A stretch of DNA of 60,550 bases, counting the filler, from Sphacelaria rigidula (lineage: Eukaryota), in the NCBI GenBank assembly GCA_964200075.2. It is 10 parts of 10 records of this genome, joined end to end, with 100 filler letters (N's around TTAATTAATTAA, not from the genome) between each part and the next. Parts side by side here need not be neighbours in the genome. Positions count along the whole stretch, not along the records: positions 36,391 to 42,355 come from CAXNAA020023154.1; positions 42,456 to 48,420 come from CAXNAA020023155.1; 8 more parts are not named here. One strand, written 5' to 3'. The translations under genes and the position numbers were made by a program. Under the pieces are notes generated by a model. That model was not told where the DNA came from, did not search any database, and saw only the letters and a list, made by a program, of their open reading frames with translations. Below, piece after piece: positions 36,662 to 48,260 of this stretch; the stretch's first letter is position 1; every line of letters starts with the position of its first letter.

Positions 36662-36797
36662 GTTGAGAAAAATCAACTGTTAAGCTTTGTGACGGTTTTA
36701 GAGACAACCGTAGACTACCGACCAGTCAGTGCTGACTGGTCAGTAGTCTAGTTGGTTGTCTCTTAAACCGTCACAGCTTTCATAGCACAACTCTCAA
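36662..36797. repeat. Short hairpin/palindromic element
   Basis: TGTGACGGTTTTAGAGACAACC.TAGACTAC.GACCAGTCAG-TG-CTGACTGGTC.GTAGTCTA..GGTTGTCTCTTAAACCGTCACA. Confidence 0.9.
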
Positions 36798-37089
36798 AAA
36801 CTGAGACTCGAACTCCAGATTCAGGTCATCTAGTGCCCCCGCTTATAGTACATCGATTCTAATATAGAACCTTATATGGGCCATACCTTGAGATAGAGAA
36901 CAACTTAGATGAAGGTGAGGGTATCTATCGACTCCCAGTGCTCCAGGGAATGTCCACACCAAACATCGTATTCCACTGAATTTATCGTTCGGGTTTTCAT
37001 ATAGATTCTAGAATGGACGCTGTCTCCGTACGATATAGGAATTACTCGACATGAAGTTCAATCAACGGAAAAAATATGATCCAGACGTT

Positions 37090-37532
37090 TGAAACACGGG
37101 ATTTGTAAAATTGGAGATGGATTTATTTTCGAGGATGAGAACCCGCAGAATTAAATGTTTCGTATCCACACCAACCGTTTGAAATATGGTTCCATTCTTT
37201 CACCTACTGGTAGCTGTTGACAACTACTACACGCTATACAAGTTTGGATCCTGATAACCCACATGCTGGGGTCCTGGGTTGAGTAACAGTTTTGGGGGAA
37301 TTTAGGTGATCCAGTCGGGCCTCAAAATTCGTCTTACACCTAGGACCCCAACATGTCGGTTGTCAGGATACAAATTTGTATGGCGTGTGGTAATTGTCAA
37401 TAGCTACCAGTAGGTGAAGGAATGGGGCCATATTTCGAAGAGTAGGTGTGGATACGAAGATTCTGATTCTCCGGGTTCTCATCCCCAAATAGAGAATCCA
37501 TCCCCAATTATTCGTAAAATCCCGTGTTTTGA
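37090..37532. mobile_element. Foldback element (~190-bp inverted arms, ~60-bp loop)
   Basis: TTCACCTACTGGTAGCTGTTGACAA pairs with TTGTCAATAGCTACCAGTAGGTGAA; GGATGAGAACCCG pairs with CGGGTTCTCATCC. A fragment also occurs at ~24275. Confidence 0.85.
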
Positions 37533-38254
37533 GTGGAAAGGCACCTTCCCCTTGAATAGACGGTTAATACGGTATGCGGATCACGGCTTGACTCGTCTGT
37601 ATCGATGTGATATTGCGCTTAAACCCGTTTCTAGGCTGACCCAGCTCGTATGAATCACACATGTGTACGAATCGTACGACTGATTCGTACAAGTGTTGAA
37701 TAGGCGTTGAATCACCATTTCATTCGTCCGAACCCCGTGAATTTCCAGCTGCTCGGTGTGCTCGGTTTTTTTTCGTTTGGATTTATAAATGTAGACTCTG
37801 CCTCCTCAAACCAGTCACTTCCCGTGCAGAGGCTATCACGGCATCATTCAGCCGTCCGCTTCAAACATGCGTGGCCGTATGAGACTCGTGCCCGTGTAGA
37901 GATGATCACGTGAAAGCTTCCTCACCTGTATTCAGGTGAAAACCTTAAGATGTAGTTTCTCAGAACCTGACAGCTTTTGCTAAAAAAAGTATCAACATAC
38001 GTCGAGATTTGAACCCGCATTTTTCTGCCCAACAAGCCGTAGGTGCACCAATCCTAGCAGCCCCTGTGGCGCGGCAGCACCGTCGGTCGTCATGCAAGTG
38101 AAAATCCTCACCGCCAAAACAATAACCACAGCAGTTAATTTGCCGTGTAGAGATCGTGCCGGTCGCCCCGGTGGCTCAGTTGGTAACCTCAGAACCTGCT
38201 GACAGTTGGGTCGTAGGTTCACTTCTCGGAGCAATCTGGGATTTTTCCTCACAT

Positions 38255-38518
38255 CACGTCCGACAGTAGAGAGCGACCATGTCGTGGGTACACAAAATTT
38301 GACTTAACGGTCGACGAGGGAAAGGGACTGCTGAAGCCCTCTCGCGAAAAAGAATAAAAACGCAAGCACCGCAGAAGGAAGGTGGGGTACGAACAACAAA
38401 TAAAAAAGAGAGAGCTCCTGTGTTGACCTTCTTGTGTGACCCCGGCTGCTGCGCCCACATATACCGAAAGGTGTAGACCGGCGCCCAGAATAAATGGGGC
38501 GACAACACACAACACAGA
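38255..38518. repeat. ~260-bp dispersed repeat (family D), copy 1
   Basis: Aligns directly with 41605-41860 (ATGTCGTGGGTACACAAAA; GTGACCCCGGCTGCTGCGCCCACATATACCGAA; ACAAC tail). Confidence 0.88.
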
Positions 38519-40430
38519 CATCATCTTTGTCGCCGAGTTCATCTTCAGTGTACAGTACCGCATCCCTCGCGAGTACCTCCTCTCTTTTCGCGTGTCGCGC
38601 ACGTCTCGAACCAACGAATTCCCCTTGTACTGTACCATGTAATTGCTTAGCAAGTGACGAGAATATGCCGACCCCGGGCTGACTTTATTTACCCACTCCT
38701 TCGACTGTCAACTTTCACTCCGACAATATTCTCCCGTTCTCGCCTCACCAGTGAATGTTTTGGTTTAGTTCATCAACACATGAATTGTTTTGGAAAGTTC
38801 TAGCTAAAATTACGGCATTCATCATGTATACAGTATGGGCTCAGATCTAAACGGCTGACCTACTCATCTATTATTATACTTGCGAGTACCTTCAGATGAA
38901 CAACGGTGATGTTTTTCCGTTCGTTCAGTCGTCGGCTTCTTTACATCGACTACAACTACCACTACCACACTATCCTCCAACACGTGAAACGTCGTACACT
39001 TGTCACACCCCCATGAAGCATGATCAATTCCCCCTCGTATTTCATTCGTTTCCACGATGATTGCAAGGCGGATGTGCATCACGTTTTACGCACACTCCGA
39101 AGTCATCCTACGATAGGGGTAAGAAAAAGGAGAATTAGTGTGTCAGACGACCTGCCGCACTCGCGGTGCGCTTGTACTTGGTTCAAAAACGGAATCCATT
39201 CCATGTATATTGGGCACAAAAGCCCCACACGAACGCACCCTTGCCTCCTCCAACATGATGTGGTTTATGCGACAGCACTTACTCTTCACAACGTAGCCGC
39301 ACGAGCCTAAAAAACACTGTAGCTAGTGTTGCAACCCCCGTCTACAGCTATGGCGACAACACCACCTCAGGTAGCTGCTGACATTGCTGGTCACCCAGAA
39401 AGACAAAAAAAGAAGTGTTGATCCCCGAGCAACCGTCCTCCCCCAGAGCCCTCGAGGCGGTGAGAACTGTCGACACAGATACCTGCGCCGCGATTCAGTC
39501 TCGCATTTGCCAGCGACCTGCTTCCCTACCTTGGAGTTCCACAAGACACGGTACTGTACTATACCGTCTTCTACCGGCGTTCCTATTCCGGTCGAGCTCC
39601 ACGGCTTGATTGCCTTCGCGGCTTTGATATGTGCTGACGACATTTCGGGGCGCAGAAATCCTTCACGGGAGCCGCGGCACAAAATCCGAAAATACATACG
39701 TTAGTAACTGATCGTGGGCAGCCACACATGGTGAACGGCCGAAAATCATGAAATCATATGTGATCCTTGTAGGCTGTTTTTTACTCATTATGCTAACACG
39801 GGTTCTGTGTGCGTGTGACCCACCATTATTTTCAAGATGGACGATTTCTTCGAAAACCGTGCTAGCATATGTAAAAGCCCAGTTCCTATCCGTCAACGCG
39901 CGCGTGATAACAGCGACACTCTCGAATGCACCCACGTGTTGAGCTGCAAACTCACCGGGGCTCTGCGCCTTCCCCAATTTTCCCCTACACTGAAACGTGA
40001 AATACTACAACGATGCTCACTCCACATGGATATATTTCGCCTCAGCAAAATTGAACGAGCTACAAACGCTATCCGCATTATGCCTCTAAGAATACGTACA
40101 TTTATCTAGGTAGCTAAAACTGTAATGTGACGACACGAAGAAATACATACAAGCATGCACGATGAGAGGTTGCCGATTCAAAATATATTCCAAGAAATAC
40201 TGTACGTTGGGCAATTCCTACTCCTCCCCACAGCGGCTTCCGCTTCATCACGTTGGGATGCGGGTGGCACCCAAACATAATCACAAAAGGGGGAAAAACC
40301 ACCCGTCGTCCGTCGTCGCTGTACGCCGATCTCAAACGACCCACCCGACTCCGCCGCCAGGGATCTTTCCTGTAACCTGCTTCCGGCCTATTCAGTTCAA
40401 GAGGATCCATCCTCCACACATATCCTCTCA

Positions 40431-41285
40431 TCAGAGGAACAGTACGATCTTGTGGAAGATATCCTCTTCCTGTATCCCGGCCACACGGTCAATCATCCCA
40501 CTCAACACCCCCGCGCCGCCGCCACCACCACCATTTCGATCACCCGAACTCGACATATCCCCCTCACCCCGCCTCTCCGCCCCACCGCTCAATTCTATTC
40601 GAGCCTCTCCGACGTCATCAACCCCGTCGCGTTTGAAAATTTTGGCAAACGACGACACGCTACTCCCGCCCGTCTCCCCCGCGACATAGTCATCCTCCTC
40701 AGCACCCGTGCCCGCGGTTCCGCGAATCGTGATATCGTCGCTGATGGCGCCGACGCCCCCGTCCCCCTGCTCCTCTTCTCTCGCCGATAATATCGCACCG
40801 CCATCATCACCACCACCACCGATGGACGGCGCTTGCTGCCGCGGCGGCGACGACGGCGGCTGCCGCCGCTGCCGCTTGATTCGGGAGCGGGTCATGACAA
40901 GCCAACCGCGGCGTAGCCAGGCGCGCTCGGCGGGAGCGGCGGCGAGGGTGCTCTTGACGCCCGCGACGAGACCACGGTAGCGGTCATCTTGCTGAGCCTC
41001 TTCGCCAAACAGGATCTCCACGTCCTCGGCGGGAGTGTTACCAGCGTGGTTGGGCATCGTCTCGTCGGCACCATGCCGCAGCAGGAGCTGCGCGGCGGCG
41101 GGTTTCAGGTGCGTGCACGCAAGGTGAAGAGGAGTATTGCCTAGCTTGTCCTTCTCCGTTTTTGTGCTCACACCAGCGCCGGCCTCGAGTAAGATGGCGG
41201 CTGCCTGTACCGCTCCCCGCCGCGCCGCCAGGTGCAGGGCGGTGAAACCGAGGTGATCATCGGGGAGGTTAATGTCTGCTCCCGC
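40431..41285 (-). CDS. Ankyrin-repeat protein, terminal exon (EsV-1-199-like brown-algal family)
   Basis: CTAG acceptor. AGADIN, GFTALHLAA, GNTPLHLAC and LLLRHGADE repeats. C-terminal APAERAWLRRGWLVM and EEDIFHKIVLFL-stop motifs. Confidence 0.9.
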   Translation of the reverse strand, partial: AGADINLPDDHLGFTALHLAARRGAVQAAAILLEAGAGVSTKTEKDKLGNTPLHLACTHLKPAAAQLLLRHGADETMPNHAGNTPAEDVEILFGEEAQQDDRYRGLVAGVKSTLAAAPAERAWLRRGWLVMTRSRIKRQRRQPPSSPPRQQAPSIGGGGDDGGAILSAREEEQGDGGVGAISDDITIRGTAGTGAEEDDYVAGETGGSSVSSFAKIFKRDGVDDVGEARIELSGGAERRGEGDMSSSGDRNGGGGGGAGVLSGMIDRVAGIQEEDIFHKIVLFL

Positions 41286-41604
41286 CTAGTGAAAAAAAGA
41301 AGTGTTTCGTTGCATTTGACATACATGAAAGGTGGGCCCACGCGCAGTGGAGGGAATGGGGGGGGGTTGAGTTTGTCTTCAGTCTTGCTGTATTTCGGAA
41401 TAGTGAGGAATGGACGTTATTTTAACCAAGGTGAGACGAGACAATCCTTGGTGCTCCAATACGGCGTGGTCGTTGGGAACGCATTGGATCACTCGCAGCC
41501 GGTCGCCCCGGTCGCCCAGGTGGTGACCTCGGAACCTTCTGATGGATTGGTCGTGCGTTCGAATCTCGGTGGAGTAACACGATCAGGGATTATTTTCCAC
41601 ACCA

Positions 41605-41860
41605 TGCCTGACGGTGGAGAGCGACTATGTCGTGGGTACACAAAACTTCGACTTCACGGCCGACGACGGAAACAGACGACTGAATCCCTCTCGCTATCAA
41701 GAGTACGACAAGCACCGCAGTGCGGAGGTGGTGCACTTAACATAGAGAGTAAGAGCTCCCGTGTTAGCCTTCCTCCAAGGTGACCCCGGCTGCTGCGCCC
41801 ACATATACCGAATGGTGTACAGTGGCGCCCAGAACAGATGGGATGACAACACAACACAAT
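41605..41860. repeat. ~260-bp dispersed repeat (family D), copy 2
   Basis: Direct homology to 38255-38518. Confidence 0.88.
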
Positions 41861-42355
41861 ACTCACGGGGGAAGTCTTGAGGCCAGAATTACAACGTTTG
41901 GGTCGAATCATGCCCCACCAAAAAAAGCACTTGAGTGAAAAAACTGGGGAATGCGCACCATCCGTCGTGAAGTGTTCCATCCCCCGCCTCGCCTCCCGGC
42001 CCCTGACATGTAACTTCGTGTGCTCTGACGTTACTTTTCACGAGAATGCAGTACATTACACGGAATGCCTAATTCTCTTTTGTTCCACGATGCGGGCTAT
42101 TTAATCCCACTTTCACAACAAAACCACGACCCAGGATTTTGCGTTTCATTCTTCAACAGCAGTGACACCCTGAAATTTTGAGGAGGGGTGCTCATCGATT
42201 CTTTAGAGGCCACCATTGCGGTAGATTCTTTCATGTTTAACATACTTGGTTGGAATCCCATTTCATAGATTCGGGGGGGGGGGGGGGGGGGGGCCCCCCC
42301 TTCCCACCCCCCCTCCGGGTTGGTGTTTTTTGGGGGGGGTGTTTGTTTTTTTGGG

Positions 42356-42455
42356 NNNNNNNNNNNNNNNNNNNNNNNNNNNNNNNNNNNNNNNNNNNNT
42401 TAATTAATTAANNNNNNNNNNNNNNNNNNNNNNNNNNNNNNNNNNNNNNNNNNNN
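42356..42455. other. Artificial contig spacer
   Basis: 44 N + TTAATTAATTAA + 44 N. Confidence 0.99.
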
Positions 42456-42689
42456 TCCCGGCATTGTAGGGATGCGAGGTCAATGGTCTTATGACTATGG
42501 CATGCATGGTCATGAGTACACCCCCCCCTCCTATCGTAGCATGATCCAGAGACGGTGCAGTTGTATTGAACTTTGCCACAGAAATATAACAGCATCTGCT
42601 TCCCCCCCCTCTCCCTTTCTCACGGAATCTGATCGAGGGGACAGATGTGAACACAAACTTGACATCATGCGTCGTGGCTATGGTTTCAG

Positions 42690-42875
42690 GAAAACTGGAA
42701 GCGCAAGCAAGAGGAAGAAATAGAGCTCAGGCGACGAGGGATAGATCGAGCTGAAGCAATGCTGCAGCGGAAGCTCAGGGCGGAAACAATCAGAAAAGCC
42801 AACGACAAGCTGTACGAGCAGACGGGGAAGATGAAGTTGCTCCGTAGTAATCTGCTATACGCTGAAGTTATAGAG
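42690..42875 (+). CDS. CFAP210/CCDC173-like flagellar coiled-coil protein, internal exon (ENWKRKQEEE...LLYAEVIE)
   Basis: TTTCAG acceptor, GAG|GTGAGT donor, 186 bp. KANDKLYEQTGKMKLLRSNLLYAEVIE-TRKEQ resembles the conserved CCDC173/TPH-family N-terminal block. Confidence 0.75.
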
Positions 42876-43935
42876 GTGAGTAGTTCTTTTTTTATCATTC
42901 AATATGTTACTTTGCGCTATTGTAGCAAGGAATTACAAGTATTTTGGCCACGGTTTTTATTTGCACTGAAGATATTTTGGCTTCCTCGCTCGACAATACC
43001 GATCACACTGGTACACGCGAGAACCACATCAGAAAATGCATGCCAACCCTCTACGCTCCGAGGCAGTCTACCCAAGCGATTAAAGTGGTCCGTGCCGGGA
43101 CTCCACAGCGTGTGTACGGTGCCCGCTTTCTTCTTCCGCTCTGGAATTGCATATCCTTCCTTCCGCAGAAGTGGTTGTAGACAGCAGCTACTAACCTAGC
43201 ATAATGAGTGAAGTTGGTCCGTAGCAACTTTCTGTATGCTGAGGCCATTGAGACGAAATACTGAAGTTTTGACCTCAGAAAAAAAAAAATCTCCCGCTGC
43301 ACATCGATGCATCATTTTTGCGTACGTCTTTCCTTACGTAATAAGTGCACTCGACGATCCGAGCTCCCAATGGAAAACGCGGGGAAATGCAAGGTACTTC
43401 GCAGAAAGTAATTGTGGGTACACCAGATGAACTTAACAGATATGAGCAACGCAACATCGGCGGACGTAAACAAAAACAACCTTCGACTATCCTTCCTCGT
43501 GTCATATTTCCGTTCCGGGGATAGGCGAAGTTAGTTGACTTAGCCTTGAAGTTCGTGTTGTTCGGGAAACTCGAACATCCCTATCAAAGAGTAACGGCTG
43601 TGGTTGAAGGTTGGGTAAGTGTATCACAGAACCAGTCTTTTTATCGCGGAGACACGTTTTCTCCGTACGGAGAAGAGTGACTATACGGCTAGGGTAGGGG
43701 TGTTCGATTTTCACCAAAAAGTGGGCTCATAGTTATTCATGCCAGACGACCTAACACACTCGCGGTGTGTTCGTTTTTGGGTAAAAACAGTGTCCAGCAG
43801 TATGAGTGAGCGTTTTTTATCGGTAACAAGCGCAATCGAACAATCATTACTGCTCTCGACGATGATTTGAAGTCGACTTTCGTGAAAGAAATGGACCAAA
43901 ATACCCCCCCGCGCGTGATCTTACTGTAGCATGCA

Positions 43936-44314
43936 CACGCGGCCATTCGGCTACCCCCCAAAATACCCTGTTTCGGTCAACTTTTCGAGCTCTACAGGGT
44001 GCGCGGCCCTCCAGAGGGGTTGGATCAAACGCCTCCAGAGGCTTGTTTTGCCTCTGAAGGGGCCGCGCAGCCTCTGGAGGAACTCGGAGGATGCGCAGCC
44101 CTCCAGAGCACCATCTTTTTTGTTACTGTCGAGGGATTCAGACCTCAGAAGTCACTGGAGCATCAGATGCCCTCCAGAGGATTCGTTTTATGACCGGAAC
44201 TGAGCATGACATACCCTCTAGAGGGTGTTTTTATCCTCCGGAGGGTCACTCTACCCTGGAGAGGATGAAAATCGCAATAGAGGATGTTTATGGGGGTAGC
44301 CGAATGGCCGCGTG
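43936..44314. mobile_element. Non-autonomous TIR element (379 bp) with perfect 24-bp TIRs and internal CCTCCAGAGG repeats
   Basis: CACGCGGCCATTCGGCTACCCCCA at 43936 and its exact reverse complement ending at 44314. Confidence 0.92.
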
Positions 44315-45269
44315 AGTGACTCATATTATGTCTTTATTCAAACAGCCTAAGAGTCTTGGCTTCACCACAACTAATGGCCCGACGATGGAAAGCAGTCGTC
44401 AGTTCCACCACAAGCGGAACCCGAGCACATCGCAGGATCAGTGCTAATAGGTTTGCACTACTCGGCAACGCGTTTCTATGATCAGCATGTTTTCCCTTTC
44501 CGTGGGCAGGAGAGGTTGAGTGAACAAATTGCCTAGTGTCGGTTGCTGATGCCTTTTTATAGCGCATGAGGTCCCGGAAACCGATCCTGAGGCATACCAA
44601 TAGTCATAGTAGAACCGTCGAACCACTCCAGATCCCCACTAGGCGTTTTGCGCGCCGGCGTTTCGCCTAGCGCCCCCGGTGCGCTCGCTGGATAGCTCCG
44701 CTCACCACCGTACTAAACTCGCATGCACATGTACCGCAATCCATAAAGGCAGCAAGCAGGGACGAGCGTGAAACGCAACCATCCGATCTCGGAAACGATG
44801 GCAACCCTCCGGAACGAGGATGAACCAGGATGAACGAGCCTATTGTTTCGCGTGTTGCGAGACTCGCAAGTCCAGCACAGGATCTTTGGTCTTTGTAGCT
44901 AATGGCAGGAAAGGATGTATCACTTTCAGATGGTAAAAAGGTGTTGTATCACGTATTGAATACTATAAGATGCGGGTGTTATCCGTCTCGGTTTTTCCCA
45001 GACCTTTTCAGAACGCGATGGTTCGAGAAAGTTCATCCTCGCCCATTTTCTTACTTTCGTCACTTCTAATCCCTCTCCTTTCTCGGGATCAGGCCGTGGC
45101 CTCGAGAGTTCAACCCTTTCATTTCCCGGTACACGCCTCCTTACATTTTGGTATCGCCGAGTGGGCTCCCCTGCACCGGCCTGACTGTCGTCTAACAAAT
45201 TCGACCAACCGTCTACTTTTACTACTCACGCACGTCCTAACGCTCTCAATGACGGAAATCAGATACTCC

Positions 45270-45366
45270 TGAGAAAAAAGCCAGACCTAACGCGCGGGTA
45301 TCAAGCCCGCGTTTTCCCGCCCTAACGGTGCCAGTGGTACCATTTTAATTTAGACCACCGGGGCAC
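45270..45366 (-). mobile_element. tRNA-derived SINE head
   Basis: Minus strand GCCCCGGTGGTCTAA...ATGGTACC...GTTAGGGCGGGAAAACGCGGGCTTGATACCCG...T-run. The body resembles 48345-48420. Confidence 0.55.
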
Positions 45367-45601
45367 CGTGACTGTAGGAAGTGATATTCTCTTTGCAAAC
45401 ACTCCAGTGTACTCCGAGCTGTGTCATCAGCATAACTAAGAGCAAAGCATTTGTCTCAGGGGCGCCAGCGGTCCCAACGTTATTCGCATTCAGATTCTCG
45501 TACGTGTAACTGTACATACACGTATTTGCTCGATGTCGAGTTGTCAGAGTCCCCTTCAAGCACCAAATTCATTCGTCACGCATCGGAAGGGGGGGGGGGG
45601 A

Positions 45602-45671
45602 GGGGGGCGTACTCATTTGTTGCTTGCCTTAGTCGTTTGACCATTGACCACGCATCCCTTTCGAGACGGAG
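45602..45671 (+). repeat. Family C ~70-bp repeat (consensus-like copy)
   Basis: Essentially identical to the reverse complement of 31000-31067. G-runs on both sides. Confidence 0.9.
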
Positions 45672-46019
45672 TAAGAAGGGGGGGGAGGAACCCAGCTTGC
45701 GTGCTTGGTCGGGATTCGCGTTACGGTTTCCTCCGCATACGCTAATTCCACACATGGCATCGCCGTTTCAACCAAGTTCAACAAACTGATAGATTGACAC
45801 ACCGTATCATGGGCGCAAATTGAATAAGCCCGGTGCGCCGGTTACCTACAGAAACGATACTTTCATTCTTCGAAAAATCTTTAAAAACCTTTGGAGCATT
45901 GACCAACGAAGCATGCAAGATTCAGAATACAACCACGCAACTTGCTCTTGCGCAGGCAACAAGATTTAGAACACGAGAATGTTATACCTAGGTTTTGAGT
46001 GCAAATTATTTTTCAACAC

Positions 46020-46570
46020 TGGGTATATATGCTGAATTCTGGGTATTTGGGGGTGTCGGTACGCGGGGTACTCTGAAATGCTCAGTGTTTCCGGCACCCC
46101 ATACCCTCGGTACCCCTGGAATATTCAATATGTTCGACATCTCGTACCCTCTACATCCTGGAATACTCAGAAGCTAGGGCACTCGGTACCGTGGGTACCC
46201 GAGGTACTCCCTGCATATACTTAGTAGTACAGTTGCAGCACCGGGTATTTCGGGCTGTGTACCCGATGTACCCAGGAATACTGAGTATTTTCAATGGTCA
46301 CCCTAGGCACCCGAAGCACTCACTACTTTCATTCAGTACTCCGAGTAACACTACGGGTATTCAGGGGGCGAGTACCCGAGTTACCGTACGGTATTCAGTA
46401 CTTTCTAGGGTAAGTACTCTTGGGTACTGTGGAATATTGGGTATTCTTGGCTGTCGATATCTTGAGTATCCTGGAGTACTGCTAATTTTCGGGAGTAGAT
46501 ACCCGTGCGTACGCTGGGGTACCAGATTCATCAATTTCCCTCGAAATTCGGGATAGACCAGGGTACGCAC
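46020..46570. repeat. Degenerate GGGTAC/GTACCC/GAGTA-rich array
   Basis: Dense recurrence of these short motifs in both orientations. Confidence 0.65.
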
Positions 46571-46707
46571 TCTACCCTTGCCACCGTTGATAGATATCAA
46601 CAGCCAGGAGCCCCAGAAAATGAACTCTCGCGGTCGCCCTCTGAGCCACGGGAACTGAAAGATTGAATAAAATGACTTCTGCTCGTGCTCTGCCCGTCGT
46701 CTTGCAG

Positions 46708-46797
46708 ACTCGCAAGGAGCAGATGGCCGCGAGGCAGCACCGACACGCGGCGGAGGACAAACTGGCCGAGGCGTACCACCGCGAGATTAAACGGAAG
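46708..46797 (+). CDS. CFAP210/CCDC173-like protein, next exon (TRKEQMAARQ...EIKRK)
   Basis: TTGCAG acceptor, AAG|GTTAGG donor, 90 bp, phase 0/0. Confidence 0.72.
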
Positions 46798-46968
46798 GTT
46801 AGGGAATAACGGTGCGGGCGTAGCACGCTAATAGATAATGCGTTGCCCACAGGTTTTCCCCTCGTGGAAATCCAAAATTCGATGTAGTTAATTCAACTCA
46901 CGCCTGTTGTTGTTTGACCTACAGTAGCACCCGGGGAAACTCGTTAGGCTGGAAAGACAAACACGACT

Positions 46969-47269
46969 AACACCGTTTTCGTGAGATTGAGAGTAGAGCG
47001 TTGACAGAGAGTGGATTTGATCATTCGCTTCAACACAGTCAATTACTCATTCCATGTGTGCTTTTCTTTGCCACCATCACTGGTGTGTGCTTACAGCTAC
47101 ACGTTGATATCCTAGTCAGGGATGTATCAAGGGCCTCAGTGGCAAGCTCCTACAAAAAGCTTATCGGGCCTCGTGGAGGGGCCTTTCGGAACTGAAACGA
47201 TTCATTCACTAATTGACCGCTTTTTACTCTCAATCTTATCCTCTACTCTCAATCTCACGATACATTGTT
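46969..47269 (+). mobile_element. MITE family A copy
   Basis: TIRs TCGTGAGATTGAGAGTAGAG / CTCTACTCTCAATCTCACGA. Confidence 0.88.
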
Positions 47270-48260
47270 GACTGTCCGACCCTGTCAAGTCAATTGGTTA
47301 CACACCGAGCAAGCTCACGTTGAACAAAAGATATCACGGGTCTCTGAAACTGTCAATTGTCTACCCGGTGCTGAGCGGGACGTGGGGCACGGGTCGATCT
47401 TCGAGATGAGGCCAACAGTCATCATCAGTGCTTGCAGGACAGCACCGAAACCATGTCCGTTAGACGAAAAATACCGTTGAGATGATTCCTGGCGTGCCCA
47501 CTTACTACGTGGGACCTGGGGTACAGTCCAGCCGCAAGTATGCAAAAGGACAAGTTAAGGCATCGTTCGGTTGAGTTACGCTCTACCCACCACCTATGAA
47601 AACCTGCCGATGTTTTCTGTGCGATGTCACGGAGTGTACGTACTGGGTTGGTTTTCTCATCCGTGAGGTTGACGGTTACCGTGCTGCATCGAAGTAGTCG
47701 CCGCTCAATCGTGATATTCGACCATGCTGGAGACGCGCTCAGTGAGGGGTCCAGACTTCACACGAAAACATGCAGCCAAAAACGAGAGTTGACCTCTTGA
47801 CCCTTCGCGAACCCTTTGACGATTTCTGCTCCTGTGAATCGGCATCATTTTGACTTGAAAATGACTAAAAATAATTATGCCATCTCACAAAAACAAAAAT
47901 CTCCAGTGGGTTCCCAAAGGGTTGATGAGCCAGAACTGCCATCTAACGAGTCGAGGTACCGAAGCTTGGAGCGAATGCATCGATTCTTGGAGGAGAAGTC
48001 CCGTTGTTCCCGCATTTTGCTTTAGCACATCGATTGTCCGGGAAACAAGGCCGGTTCTGTACCATCGTGGATCGCTCCATTTCCTTCCGGGCTGTACGAA
48101 GAATACCCCGCTGCAAGGTTCGCTGGTGTTGTGCGAAAACAACGCGGTCTCCGACACTGTCCAGTTAGTTGGGTTTTCACATTTTCAGCAAAGCTACGGT
48201 AGCAGGAGAGAAAAACGGTTCCAGAAGCTGTCGACTACCATACTAAAAATATACACTACA

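Noticed and set aside
38255..41860. LTR pair enclosing a captured ankyrin gene
   Set aside because: No TG..CA termini, PBS, PPT or TSD, and the copies are clearly diverged.
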